Shown piece after piece: positions 18,704 to 28,009 of a DNA stretch of 64,000 nt. The notes below the pieces were generated by a model. The model was not told where the DNA came from and ran no database searches. It worked only from the letters and a program-made list of their open reading frames with translations. Position 1 is the first letter of the stretch. Every line of letters starts with the position of its first letter. The stretch covers positions 4,517-68,516 of the forward strand of contig CAVKWN010000003.1 in NCBI GenBank assembly GCA_963660075.1. Direction: 5' to 3'. Origin of the DNA: Lachnospiraceae bacterium (GTDB taxonomy: Bacteria; Bacteroidota; Bacteroidia; Bacteroidales; Bacteroidaceae). A program made the translations under genes and the position numbers.

Positions 18704-19102
18704 TTATAGTTTGAATAGTTTCGCGAAAGACTCGGCAGCCTTACCCTCATAAACGCACAACCCGGTTACAGGCTTGTATGACAAGCCTTGGAAGCTAAGA
18801 AGCATCGCGGCAGCGAATTGATGGTCGGTGGAGACACAAGCCTCAAGTCTGGCATTTCCCAGTTCTTGCTCAGAAACCGTATACTTGCGAATAGCATCAT
18901 CGAGGTTCTCCGGCTTTGAGGCAAGAATGTTTTCAAGTTTTTTTCCATCTTCGGCCGAATACTCGGTTTCCTTCATTTTTACCTCACTGTTGGTTGGCTT
19001 GTAAATGACCTTTGTGCCAAAGCCTAAAAATCCCTTTTTTACTTCTACTGTGTCGAGCGCCATGACTTGGGCACCCATAACGAAATGGTTTATCTTTGCC
19101 AT
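18704..19102 (-). CDS. Hypothetical protein, 132 aa
   Basis: Clean ORF with ATG start and no signal peptide. I do not recognise a family. Confidence 0.5.
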   Translation of the reverse strand: MAKINHFVMGAQVMALDTVEVKKGFLGFGTKVIYKPTNSEVKMKETEYSAEDGKKLENILASKPENLDDAIRKYTVSEQELGNARLEACVSTDHQFAAAMLLSFQGLSYKPVTGLCVYEGKAAESFAKLFKL

Positions 19103-19210
19103 TTTTCTAATTTCTTGTTTTCTATTTTTTTTGCACTAAAAACCTTTAGCAAAATACATGTTCATATTTTGCCATAACTCTTAAACTCTTCCTTAAAAAA
19201 CAATATATAG

Positions 19211-19600
19211 CTAACAAAGGAGATGCCGCAAGCAAATGACATAATACTTGCTGGCGACATCAAAGTGGATTGGGGCAGACTCGTCACGAGTAGGCTTGCA
19301 ATCACTTGAAATGGCTGATAAGAAATATGATAAAAGTCGAATTTTATTATCTGTCAGTCTACTTGATGAACTAGCATACATGTTGCCCGAAGGTGACAAG
19401 CGTTGCGGACGATTGCCGCAAACCATATAAGCAAGAGTGGAAGCTTCATTGATTTGGGCCTCAGGCTTATCCTGCTTGTGCTCGACCTTCTCCAATCTGT
19501 CCTTCGAGACAGGTGCTGACTGTGAGACAGCCGAAATCTCTCCATGGCTTCCGAGAAGCATGGTCAGCATGAAAATGATGTAAAGTATCAACTGTCTCAT
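19211..19600 (-). CDS. Hypothetical secreted protein, 129 aa
   Basis: N-terminal signal peptide MRQLILYIIFMLTMLLGSHG. A -7 box lies upstream. No family recognised. Confidence 0.5.
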   Translation of the reverse strand: MRQLILYIIFMLTMLLGSHGEISAVSQSAPVSKDRLEKVEHKQDKPEAQINEASTLAYMVCGNRPQRLSPSGNMYASSSSRLTDNKIRLLSYFLSAISSDCKPTRDESAPIHFDVASKYYVICLRHLLC

Positions 19601-19637
19601 TGTTTTAATTGTATTGCGAACAACTTGTATGTTTTTG

Positions 19638-19645
19638 CAAAGATA
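19638..19645 (-). promoter_or_regulatory. -7 promoter box TATCTTTG for the 129-aa secreted protein gene
   Basis: Exact TAnnTTTG about 37 nt upstream of ATG 19600. Confidence 0.4.
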
Positions 19646-19750
19646 CGAAAATTATTTATCATTCGTTCTTTTTAAGCTGACTTTTTTCAATTCAAGTCCA
19701 TGTTTTTCACGAATTTTGAAAAGACAGACCTCATGCAATATCTTGGCGAG

Positions 19751-19863
19751 TCGGCTTTGCACTGAAAAGGCAATACGATTTCAGTGTAAAGGCATCGGCT
19801 TTCCACTGAAAAGACGTTGGCATTGCACTGAAAAGACGACACGATTTCAGTGCAAAGCCGAAT
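19751..19863. repeat. Composite hairpin repeat built from TTTGCACTGAAA / TTTCAGTGCAAA units (REP- or MITE-like)
   Basis: Perfect 16-bp terminal inverted repeats CGGCTTTGCACTGAAA (19752-19767) and TTTCAGTGCAAAGCCG (19845-19860). Three further unit copies lie inside, forming two 11-13-bp hairpins with 11-nt loops. The same motif family recurs at 50852-50962. Confidence 0.75.
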
Positions 19864-20105
19864 CAGTTTAAAATCAGCAACTTATAGTGATATTAAAAAG
19901 ATGGCCAAGCGCATGAAATATCGGTTGGATATTCTCCCATGTACACCAAAAGTGCATTCTTGGCTACAAGGCGCTTATGTTGTGCTGGAGCGATGTACGC
20001 TCAAACTGCTTGAGACCTAAATCCGAAACTTGAGTAATATTCTATTTCTCGTGCTATTTCTTGAATCTTCATAAGTGATGATTTGGCAGTAGCAATATAA
20101 AGTTG

Positions 20106-20113
20106 TAAATTTG
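20106..20113 (+). promoter_or_regulatory. -7 promoter box TAAATTTG with no obvious gene behind it
   Basis: Exact TAnnTTTG. The downstream frame is open from 20126 but has no ATG; the first start-like codon is TTG at 20294. Confidence 0.3.
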
Positions 20114-20293
20114 CAACATATCTAAATAATAGGCAACAATACGAAATATCCTATAAGAATACAGAGTTTTGAGACAATTATAGAAGATGGATACGTAGCA
20201 AATACTCCCAAAGGGAAAGCTGACAATACGAGCTACGACTCTCAGCAAGCACAAGATGCCGGTACCTCTCATCGCCCTACACAACCAAAGGAC

Positions 20294-20488
20294 TTGGTAG
20301 CCCAAGGCATATCTTTCCTGTCTGGTTTGGCAGAGACCTTGAAGTCGCCAGAGGCAACAGCACAGTTAGTAGACTCCATCGTTGAGAAAAATGAGCAGAC
20401 TGGCGAAACTTCCATCAAGATTCATGTGGAGAACAAGGAAGCGGTGGTTAATCTCTTTAGCCTTATCGGTAAACTGTTTGCGAAATAA
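20294..20488 (+). CDS. Possible 64-aa protein with TTG start, or the 3' remnant of a decayed gene
   Basis: The reading frame is open for 121 codons (20126-20488) with no in-frame ATG. The peptide ...GISFLSGLAETLKSPEATAQLVDSIVEKNEQTGETSIKIHVENKEAVVNLFSLIGKLFAK has protein-like composition. No family recognised. Confidence 0.3.
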   Translation: MVAQGISFLSGLAETLKSPEATAQLVDSIVEKNEQTGETSIKIHVENKEAVVNLFSLIGKLFAK

Positions 20489-20633
20489 AAACTTACAATA
20501 ATCTTATACATAATCAGCCTCTCAAAGGGATTATGCATGCTTTGCATCAATTCTGACAATGGATAGAAGAAGTATGTTGATCTAGTTTTGCCCCATTTTA
20601 CTGCCAACTGTTGTTGGACTCAAAAAAAAGCCT

Positions 20634-20641
20634 TAACTTTG
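20634..20641 (+). promoter_or_regulatory. -7 promoter box TAACTTTG for the NhaC-type transporter gene
   Basis: Exact TAnnTTTG about 29 nt upstream of ATG 20671. It lies inside the TTG-extended track ORF. Confidence 0.45.
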
Positions 20642-20670
20642 TCAACCAATCCACAAGTAAGGAAAGCATA

Positions 20671-22302
20671 ATGGACTATAACATGATAGGCACGGCATGG
20701 TCACTTCTTCCACCTGTCGTGGCCATCACCTTGGCATTAAAGACAAAGGAGGTCTACTCCTCCCTTTTTATCGGCATCATCCTTGGCGCCGCACAATATT
20801 GCATATCCATGGGCAGCGGTCTCGATGGTTTTCTCGTTCACATCACCAACCACACCGTAGGTTCAGGTGCAGACGCCAAGTCTTATGGCATGATAAGCTG
20901 CCTGTCGGATCCTTGGAATGTTGGCATTCTCGTGTTTCTTGTCATTCTCGGTGCCATGGTGTCGCTAATGAACAAGGCCGGAGGCTCAGCCGCTTTCGGA
21001 AGATGGGCATCGCGACATGTCAAAACGAAGATGGGCGTGCAGATAGCTACGATCTTATTAGGCATACTTATATTTATAGACGACTATTTCAACTGCCTTA
21101 CGGTTGGCTCGGTTATGCGCCCCATCGCGGTTCGCAATGGCGTAACAAAGGAGAAATTGGCTTATCTCATAGACTCCACCGCCGCACCGGTTTGTATCAT
21201 CTCACCAATATCGAGTTGGGCTGTTGCGGTGTCGGGTTTCGTGTCGGGAGGTGAAAACGGACTGGCACTTTTCTGCAGAGCGATACCATTCAACTTCTAT
21301 GCCTTCTTCACCATCATCTTCATGTTTGCCATTGTGTGGCTTGACTTCGACTTCAAGGCTATGAGCAAGTATGACGCCAGATTGAAAGAATGGTATGAGC
21401 GTACCAATGGAGGAAAACTTGACGAGGTGAGCGATACAAAACTCCAAGTTGTGGAACATGGCGTTGGTGCAAAAAGCAATGAAGAGCACAATGTGAGCAA
21501 CGGTTCGGTTTATGATCTTGTAATACCAATAGTTACTCTCATAATATTCTGCATGGCTGGCATGCTCTATTCGGGAGGCTTTTTTGAGACTGGCAACAAG
21601 AACTTTATGGATTTTATCAATGCCTTCGCTGAAAGCAACGCTTCAGTAGGGCTTGTCATTGGTTCGCTCTTCTCCTTCATCCTCACTGTCGTTATGCTTG
21701 TATCTCGCAAAACGCTGCCTTTTCATGACGCAATGAGCTGTATCATAAAAGGTTTCGAGGCCATGGTACCTGCTATCCTCATCCTCACATTGGCATGGAC
21801 GCTGAAAAGCATGACCGACTCACTTGGCGCAGCGGAATATGTATCGGGAATCGTGGCAAGCAGCGCTACGGGGCTGCAGCAGCTATTGCCCGCCATAATT
21901 TTCGTTGTAGCTGCTTTCTTGGCGTTCGCCACTGGCACTTCATGGGGTACTTTCGGCATTCTGATACCTATCTGTATTGCCGTTTTCCCTGTCACTGCTC
22001 CACTCCGTATAATATCAATATCGGCATGCATGGCAGGTGCCGTTTGCGGCGACCACATTTCCCCAATAAGCGACACAACCATCATGGCAAGCGCCGGAGC
22101 CGAATGCAAGCACGTGCATCATGTGTCGTCACAGTTGCCATACGCGCTTACCGTTGCCTCGGTTTCTTGCCTCACATTCTTGGTAGCAGGTTTCTCACAA
22201 TGGTTAGGCTATGTAGCAAGTGCCATCATATCATGGGCAGCAGGCTTAGCATTCCTCATTGCAGCATTATGCTTACTCAAGAAGATGCGTAAGAAATGTT
22301 GA
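20671..22302 (+). CDS. Na+/H+ antiporter NhaC family transporter
   Basis: Polytopic membrane protein. The N-terminus MDYNMIGTAWSLLPPVVAITLALKTKEVYSSLFIGI is typical of the NhaC family. Start set at ATG 20671. Confidence 0.75.
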   Translation: MDYNMIGTAWSLLPPVVAITLALKTKEVYSSLFIGIILGAAQYCISMGSGLDGFLVHITNHTVGSGADAKSYGMISCLSDPWNVGILVFLVILGAMVSLMNKAGGSAAFGRWASRHVKTKMGVQIATILLGILIFIDDYFNCLTVGSVMRPIAVRNGVTKEKLAYLIDSTAAPVCIISPISSWAVAVSGFVSGGENGLALFCRAIPFNFYAFFTIIFMFAIVWLDFDFKAMSKYDARLKEWYERTNGGKLDEVSDTKLQVVEHGVGAKSNEEHNVSNGSVYDLVIPIVTLIIFCMAGMLYSGGFFETGNKNFMDFINAFAESNASVGLVIGSLFSFILTVVMLVSRKTLPFHDAMSCIIKGFEAMVPAILILTLAWTLKSMTDSLGAAEYVSGIVASSATGLQQLLPAIIFVVAAFLAFATGTSWGTFGILIPICIAVFPVTAPLRIISISACMAGAVCGDHISPISDTTIMASAGAECKHVHHVSSQLPYALTVASVSCLTFLVAGFSQWLGYVASAIISWAAGLAFLIAALCLLKKMRKKC

Positions 22303-22335
22303 TGGTTCTCAATAAGTCGATAACGTATTATTACG

Positions 22336-23631
22336 TTACTTTGAGTATTCCACTCTAATGCCTTTGGCAAGATTTTCCTTGCCTACGTTCTGGCACATAA
22401 AAGCCTGGCGGTATTCGCCACCTTTTACACGTAACGTAACATTGTGGGCATTCACGTCGCTTACATTGCGGAAAAACATGCCCCAACATGGGAATACAGG
22501 CCATTGGCTCGTTGGCTTATCCTCAAACCATGCGGGGAGTGATGGGTCATCGATACCGGTAAACTCAAAGTCGCAGTCTCTAAGAACGACCTTATTTGTA
22601 GGTGCCTCTCCCCAACTTTTCACCGACAAAGCCATTCTGATTATGTCGCGAGCCTTCATGCCTTCAACTACTATTGTGCCACAGGTATTGTCATCGCCTA
22701 TAGTGACGCAAAGTGGTGACAATGTACTCCTTATATTGTTGCGCCTTATGTAAATGCTGTCAAGCCTCCCCGGGGCCTTTCCCCATGCCCCAGGCTCTAA
22801 GTTGATGGCATGCTCAGAACGTGTGCGATGCGAGGTGATGTGCTCAAACTGTCCGGGGCCAAAGATGTCACAATCGGCAACTTCCAAGTCGGTAGACGGC
22901 ATTATCATACGTATGCCGTTACACGAAGAGTTGAGTTTGCAATGGGTAATCTTCATCCCTTCCCAATAGCCACCGGCAATGGCATCATCGCCAGTGTGAA
23001 GCTTGCATTTTTTAATTATCAAGTCGTGACCACCACGTATGTGTATGCCGTCCCAACCACCTTCTACTGTGAGGTTGCTAAATGTTGACTTATCAAGGCA
23101 AAAAGCCAAGAAAGCATAGTTGGCAGAGCGCCTTACTTTGAAATTGCGCATAACCATTTTCTTGCACCCAGCGAGCAATATCGTATGTGGACCACGCATG
23201 TGTTCCTCGCCAAGAGGGTTGCGCACGTCTCCTCCATCTATGCAACCTACACCTTCTATGCCTGCGTCGACACATCCCACACCGATAATCATGGCCTTAG
23301 ACCACTGGGTATCGGTCGCACTATTATAGTTGACAGTTCCTTGACCGCTCTCGTAACGAGAGAGATCGAGATCGGTCACGAGTGAAGAATAGTCTGACAA
23401 TCTTCTTGTTCCAAGCAAGACTGCGTCCTTGCCTAATCTCAATGTTACACCAGAGCGCAAGAACACAGTACCCGTGGTGAACGTCCCTGCTGGCACCTCC
23501 ACCACTCCACCGCCCTTGTCGGCACAATGAATTATGGCGGAATTGATGGCTTTTGCATTGTTCACGGTGGTATCGTTTGGAACAGCACCAAAAGAAAGGA
23601 TGCTAATAACGATTGTCAACAGTAGATTCAT
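22336..23631 (-). CDS. Glycoside hydrolase family 28-like (polygalacturonase fold) protein, secreted
   Basis: Signal peptide. Beta-helix repeats. WDGIHI and TGDDAIAGG match the GH28 NTDG/GDD catalytic region. Confidence 0.7.
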   Translation of the reverse strand: MNLLLTIVISILSFGAVPNDTTVNNAKAINSAIIHCADKGGGVVEVPAGTFTTGTVFLRSGVTLRLGKDAVLLGTRRLSDYSSLVTDLDLSRYESGQGTVNYNSATDTQWSKAMIIGVGCVDAGIEGVGCIDGGDVRNPLGEEHMRGPHTILLAGCKKMVMRNFKVRRSANYAFLAFCLDKSTFSNLTVEGGWDGIHIRGGHDLIIKKCKLHTGDDAIAGGYWEGMKITHCKLNSSCNGIRMIMPSTDLEVADCDIFGPGQFEHITSHRTRSEHAINLEPGAWGKAPGRLDSIYIRRNNIRSTLSPLCVTIGDDNTCGTIVVEGMKARDIIRMALSVKSWGEAPTNKVVLRDCDFEFTGIDDPSLPAWFEDKPTSQWPVFPCWGMFFRNVSDVNAHNVTLRVKGGEYRQAFMCQNVGKENLAKGIRVEYSK

Positions 23632-23659
23632 GGTACAAGAGATGGGATGGAAATTAAAA

Positions 23660-23714
23660 CAAAAAAAACAGTTAACTTCACACCGATACTCAAGATCAGT
23701 GTAGAAGCTAACTG
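23660..23714 (-). terminator. Intrinsic terminator of maeB
   Basis: Minus strand: CAGTTAGCTTCTACAC...GTGTGAAGTTAACTG, an imperfect stem of about 14 bp, followed by TTTTTTTTG. It starts 20 nt after the maeB stop. Confidence 0.6.
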
Positions 23715-23733
23715 CTTTATTGGGAAAAGTGTA

Positions 23734-26022
23734 TTACTTGTTCGTTTTCAACTTATAAACGTAGGCATCGATAACAGCCACTGCCGTGACATTGACCACA
23801 TCGCTGACGCTTGCCTCAAAGTCGGTGAAATGGATAGGCTTGTTAAGACCCATCTGCACTGGTCCAACGACCTCACAGTCTGGATCCAAAGCCTGAATAA
23901 GCTTATAGCTGCTATTGGCAGCATTCATATTCGCGAAGACGATAGTGTTGACATCCTTGCCTTTCAGTCGGGTAAAAGGATATTTGTCGTCACGCAGCTC
24001 ACGGTTTAGGGCGAAGTTGACTTGCATTTCACCGTCTACAACCATGTCAGGGAAATCGTGCTGCAACTTTGCCACAGCCTGATGAACAGCTACTGGCGAG
24101 CCAACCTCATCTGTGCCGAAATTAGAATAGCTGACCATTGCAATGACAGGATCCTGGTTGAAGAATTTAACCGTGTGGGCTGATAGTCTTGCCACATCAT
24201 AGAGCACGTCCTGATTTGGGTGACGATTGATAAGCGTATCAGCAAGATAAATCGTTCCCCTCTTTGAATTGAGGATATGCATGGTTGCAAACGTGTTGTA
24301 GTCTTTTCTAACACCTACAACTTCCTTTGCCACCTTGATGGTATTACTATACTTGGTGTAAAGACCAGTGATGAAGGCATCTGCATCGCCCTGCTCCACC
24401 ATGGACATACCAAAGTAGTTACGTTCATACATCTTGTCATAGGCTTCCTCGAAGGTGACGCCTTGGCGTGCACGCTTTTCAGCCAAGTGCTTGGCATAGG
24501 TCGCCCTGCGTCCTTGCTCCTTGTCGGCACGCATGTCTATAAGTTCAACCCCCGTGAGGTCGAGCTTCAAACGTTTTGCCATACGGTTAAGACGGTCAGG
24601 GTTGCCCAAGAGGATTGGATGGCAAATGCCCTCTTGCAGAGCCGTGACAGCAGCCTTCATCATGGTTGGGTGACCACCTTCGGCAAACACCACCCTTTGC
24701 GGATGCAAAGCAGCTGTAGCATGGAGCGTGCGGGTAAACTTAGTCTCCTGACCAAGCATCTGCTTCAAGCGATTCTTGTATTCATCCCAATCGGTAATTG
24801 TCTTCCTTGCGACACCACTCTCTATGGCGGCCTTGGCAACAGCGGCTGACACCTCGGTGATGAGACGTGGATCAACGGGTTTAGGGATAAAGTATTTAGG
24901 ACCGAACTGCAGATCGTTTACATGATAAACCTGGTTAACAATCTCAGGCACAGGCAGCTTTGCCAAGTCGGCTATTGCCCTTACGGCCGCAAGTTTCATC
25001 TCCTCATTAATAGCCTTAGCATGGACGTCAAGCGCACCACGGAAGATATAAGGGAAACCGATGACATTGTTTATCTGGTTAGGATAGTCGGACCTGCCGG
25101 TAGACATCAGTATGTCCGGACGAGCAGCAGTTGCGTCCTCGTAGGAAATCTCTGGTACAGGATTAGCAAGGGCAAACACTATTGGCATGTGAGCCATGGA
25201 GCGCACCATGTCTTGACTGAGAATGTTACCCTTGGAAAGACCAACGAAGACATCCGCACCCTTCACTGCGTCCTCTAGGGTCTTGATATCAGTACGTTCA
25301 GTAGCAAACTCCATCTTTTGCTCATTCACGTGATCACGGCCTTTGTAGATAACGCCTCGCGAATCGAGCATGACAATATTCTCATGCCTTGCACCAAGTG
25401 AACAATAAAGCTTTGTGCAACTGATAGCTGCCGCGCCAGCGCCGTTGACTACTATCTTTGCGTCTTCTATCTTCTTGCCTGCTACCTCCAACGCATTGAT
25501 AAGACCCGCTGCAGATATAATAGCCGTACCATGTTGGTCGTCGTGCATCACGGGAATATCCAGCGTCTTCTTGAGCCTGTTTTCAATGTAGAAACACTCA
25601 GGGGCCTTAATGTCCTCAAGGTTTATACCGCCAAATGTCGGTGCAATTTTCTCTACAGCCTCACAGAACTTCTCAGGGTCTTTCTCATTTACCTCTATGT
25701 CAAAAACGTCTACTCCACCGTAAATCTTAAACAGAAGTCCTTTGCCTTCCATTACAGGCTTACCGCTCATGGCACCAATATCACCGAGTCCCAATACCGC
25801 TGTGCCATTGGAGATTACAGCAACAAGGTTTCCTTTGTCTGTGTACTTGTATACATCATTAGGATTCTCCTGAATCTCCAAGCATGGGTATGCAACTCCT
25901 GGAGAATAAGCAAGGCTGAGGTCAGTCTGTGTACGGTAAGCCTTAGTTGGTTTAACCTCTATTTTTCCAGGTCTACCGTTCTCATGATAAGCTAAAGCAG
26001 CTTCTTTGGTAATTTTTACCAT
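23734..26022 (-). CDS. maeB: NADP-dependent malic enzyme with C-terminal phosphate-acetyltransferase-like domain
   Basis: 762 aa from ATG 26022. N-terminal malic enzyme and NAD(P)-binding domains ([30 protein letters not shown]) plus a PTA-like C-terminal half, as in E. coli MaeB. Confidence 0.9.
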   Translation of the reverse strand: MVKITKEAALAYHENGRPGKIEVKPTKAYRTQTDLSLAYSPGVAYPCLEIQENPNDVYKYTDKGNLVAVISNGTAVLGLGDIGAMSGKPVMEGKGLLFKIYGGVDVFDIEVNEKDPEKFCEAVEKIAPTFGGINLEDIKAPECFYIENRLKKTLDIPVMHDDQHGTAIISAAGLINALEVAGKKIEDAKIVVNGAGAAAISCTKLYCSLGARHENIVMLDSRGVIYKGRDHVNEQKMEFATERTDIKTLEDAVKGADVFVGLSKGNILSQDMVRSMAHMPIVFALANPVPEISYEDATAARPDILMSTGRSDYPNQINNVIGFPYIFRGALDVHAKAINEEMKLAAVRAIADLAKLPVPEIVNQVYHVNDLQFGPKYFIPKPVDPRLITEVSAAVAKAAIESGVARKTITDWDEYKNRLKQMLGQETKFTRTLHATAALHPQRVVFAEGGHPTMMKAAVTALQEGICHPILLGNPDRLNRMAKRLKLDLTGVELIDMRADKEQGRRATYAKHLAEKRARQGVTFEEAYDKMYERNYFGMSMVEQGDADAFITGLYTKYSNTIKVAKEVVGVRKDYNTFATMHILNSKRGTIYLADTLINRHPNQDVLYDVARLSAHTVKFFNQDPVIAMVSYSNFGTDEVGSPVAVHQAVAKLQHDFPDMVVDGEMQVNFALNRELRDDKYPFTRLKGKDVNTIVFANMNAANSSYKLIQALDPDCEVVGPVQMGLNKPIHFTDFEASVSDVVNVTAVAVIDAYVYKLKTNK

Positions 26023-26056
26023 AACGATTTTGTTGATTATCAAATGTAATTCATGG

Positions 26057-26064
26057 CAAAATTA
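26057..26064 (-). promoter_or_regulatory. -7 promoter box TAATTTTG for maeB
   Basis: Exact TAnnTTTG about 34 nt upstream of ATG 26022. Part of a 13-mer that is repeated inverted at 26102-26114. Confidence 0.45.
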
Positions 26065-26105
26065 CAAAAAAACCGGAAAAAAGAAAATAGTTTTTTCTTT
26101 TTTTG

Positions 26106-26113
26106 TAATTTTG
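26106..26113 (+). promoter_or_regulatory. -7 promoter box TAATTTTG for the TetR gene
   Basis: Exact TAnnTTTG about 18 nt upstream of ATG 26132. It overlaps the palindrome TTGCATGCAA (26110-26119). Confidence 0.45.
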
Positions 26114-26131
26114 CATGCAAATTATACAAAT

Positions 26132-26758
26132 ATGACCTATAAATGTGACTATTCAGCAGAGCATAAATCACAAGTCAGCTTGAAAATTATCGAGGTGGCA
26201 ACAACAATGTTCTTGACCAAAGGCATAAAGGCGGTAAAAATGGATGATGTGTCAAAAGAACTTGGCATATCCAAGCGAACTCTGTATGAATTTTTCAACA
26301 ACAAGGAGACTTTGCTCCTTCATTGCATTAAGAACATGAAGGAGAAAGAAAGCCTTTACCTAAAAAATGTCATTGAAAAGTCACCCGAATTGACAGAGAT
26401 AGGCAAAATAGTAGAGTATTATCGCTATCAATTGCAGCAAACCACAAAGGTGTCGACCTTGTTCATCATGGACTTGAAAAAATATCCAGTTGTGTTAGAG
26501 TGGATGAACAGCATTAAGCTTAAAAACCACGACAAGGTTTTATCTTTCTTCCAAGGCGGCGTAAAAAATGGCTATTTCAGAAAGAACGTTAACTTCGACT
26601 TGATAATGGAGTTCTGCAATGTTGCAATGGAAAACGCAATAAGCAGCGGTTTATTGGAAAAATATGGTGTACAACAAGTATTCCAGAATGTTACAATGCT
26701 TTATATTCGAGGATACTGCACGTTGAAAGGTATCGAGGAATTGGAGAAGATTCTTTGA
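26132..26758 (+). CDS. TetR/AcrR family transcriptional regulator
   Basis: N-terminal HTH IKAVKMDDVSKELGISKRTLYEFFNNKETLL. About 208 aa from ATG 26132. Confidence 0.8.
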   Translation: MTYKCDYSAEHKSQVSLKIIEVATTMFLTKGIKAVKMDDVSKELGISKRTLYEFFNNKETLLLHCIKNMKEKESLYLKNVIEKSPELTEIGKIVEYYRYQLQQTTKVSTLFIMDLKKYPVVLEWMNSIKLKNHDKVLSFFQGGVKNGYFRKNVNFDLIMEFCNVAMENAISSGLLEKYGVQQVFQNVTMLYIRGYCTLKGIEELEKIL

Positions 26759-26802
26759 TTTATCTTCTCCCGTTCCCTATATGCTATTTCATGGTTTTTC
26801 GT

Positions 26803-27984
26803 TTATTCCACGTATACGACAAATCCCTTGAGATATTCACCTTCGGGATGGTAGATGTTAATGGGATGATCAGCAGGTTGGTGAAGCTGATGAAGAATTC
26901 TGACTTTCCTGTGGGCTTGCGCTGCCGCTGTAAATATCGCAGTACGGAAATTTTCCTTTGTCACCACTTGTGAGCAACTGAAAGTGAAGAGTATTCCATG
27001 ATGTTTGATCTTCTCCAATCCCTTGACATTAAGCCTTATATATCCTTTAAGGGCATTGTGAAGGGAAGACCTATGCTTGGCAAAAGCAGGCGGATCCAGC
27101 ACTATGAGGTCATAACTGTCGTCATGGCTGTTAAGATAATCGAAAGCGTCTGCACATATAGCCTGGTGCCTGTCATCATCTGGAAAGTTCATGCCAACAT
27201 TGAGTTTGGTCAATTCGATGGCCTTTGCACTACTATCGACAGAATGAACTAATTTTGCACCACCTCTCATGGCATAAACCGAGAAGCCACCTGTATAGCA
27301 GAACATGTTTAACACACTTTTTCCCTTTGCATAATGCTCCAACAGAGAACGATTCTCACGCTGGTCAATAAAAAATCCCGTCTTTTGGCCTTTCAACCAA
27401 TCGATGTGGAATTTCAAGCCATTCTCTACCGCCACGTTATCATCGGTATGACCAACGATAAAGCCATCCTCTTGATGTAGGTCTTTTTTAAGCGGGAGAG
27501 TGGTCTCGCTCTTGTAGAAAACATTTTCTATCCTGTTTCCCATAACCTTGATCAAAGCCTGGCTGATAGCCATTCTGCTATAATGCATGCCTACACTATG
27601 CGCTTGGATAACAGCTGTCTTACCATAACAATCTATGATAAGTCCCGGCATGTAGTCGCCTTCACCGTGAACAAGCCTGTAAGTGTTATTATTGGTATTA
27701 TCGGCAATGCCAATCATGACGCGCATATTCAAGGCTGACCAAATGCTTTGTTCCCAATAATCCTCATTGATAAGAATGTCATCAAAAGATAGCACACGAA
27801 CAGTAATGGTGCCTTTTTGATAATGTCCTACCGCAATGAAGTCACCATTTGAATTCAGCACCCTAACCACGTCACCTTCCTCTATACCTTCGTCCATTCG
27901 TTGTATGGCACCAGAAAAGATCCATGGATGAAAGCGCTTCAACGACTCGTCCTTGCCTCGTTTAAGATATATAGTCCTATACAT
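26803..27984 (-). CDS. Class I SAM-dependent rRNA methyltransferase (RlmI/RlmK-like, PUA domain)
   Basis: 393 aa. N-terminal PUA-like region. SAM-binding core VLNMFCYTGGFS and the catalytic LDPPAFAK motif. Confidence 0.8.
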   Translation of the reverse strand: MYRTIYLKRGKDESLKRFHPWIFSGAIQRMDEGIEEGDVVRVLNSNGDFIAVGHYQKGTITVRVLSFDDILINEDYWEQSIWSALNMRVMIGIADNTNNNTYRLVHGEGDYMPGLIIDCYGKTAVIQAHSVGMHYSRMAISQALIKVMGNRIENVFYKSETTLPLKKDLHQEDGFIVGHTDDNVAVENGLKFHIDWLKGQKTGFFIDQRENRSLLEHYAKGKSVLNMFCYTGGFSVYAMRGGAKLVHSVDSSAKAIELTKLNVGMNFPDDDRHQAICADAFDYLNSHDDSYDLIVLDPPAFAKHRSSLHNALKGYIRLNVKGLEKIKHHGILFTFSCSQVVTKENFRTAIFTAAAQAHRKVRILHQLHQPADHPINIYHPEGEYLKGFVVYVE

Positions 27985-28009
27985 TATAATTATATAATAG
28001 ATTTTTCAC

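Noticed and set aside
19614-19871. 85-aa plus-strand ORF
   Set aside because: It is simply a read-through of the hairpin repeat element (repeated FQCK/CTEK peptide units), with no start context.
19900-20072. Minus-strand mini-ORF MKIQEIAREIEYYSSFGFRSQAV, faintly reminiscent of an AraC-type HTH
   Set aside because: It is only 23 codons, the resemblance is loose, and neighbouring frames do not continue it convincingly. There is not enough to call a pseudogene.
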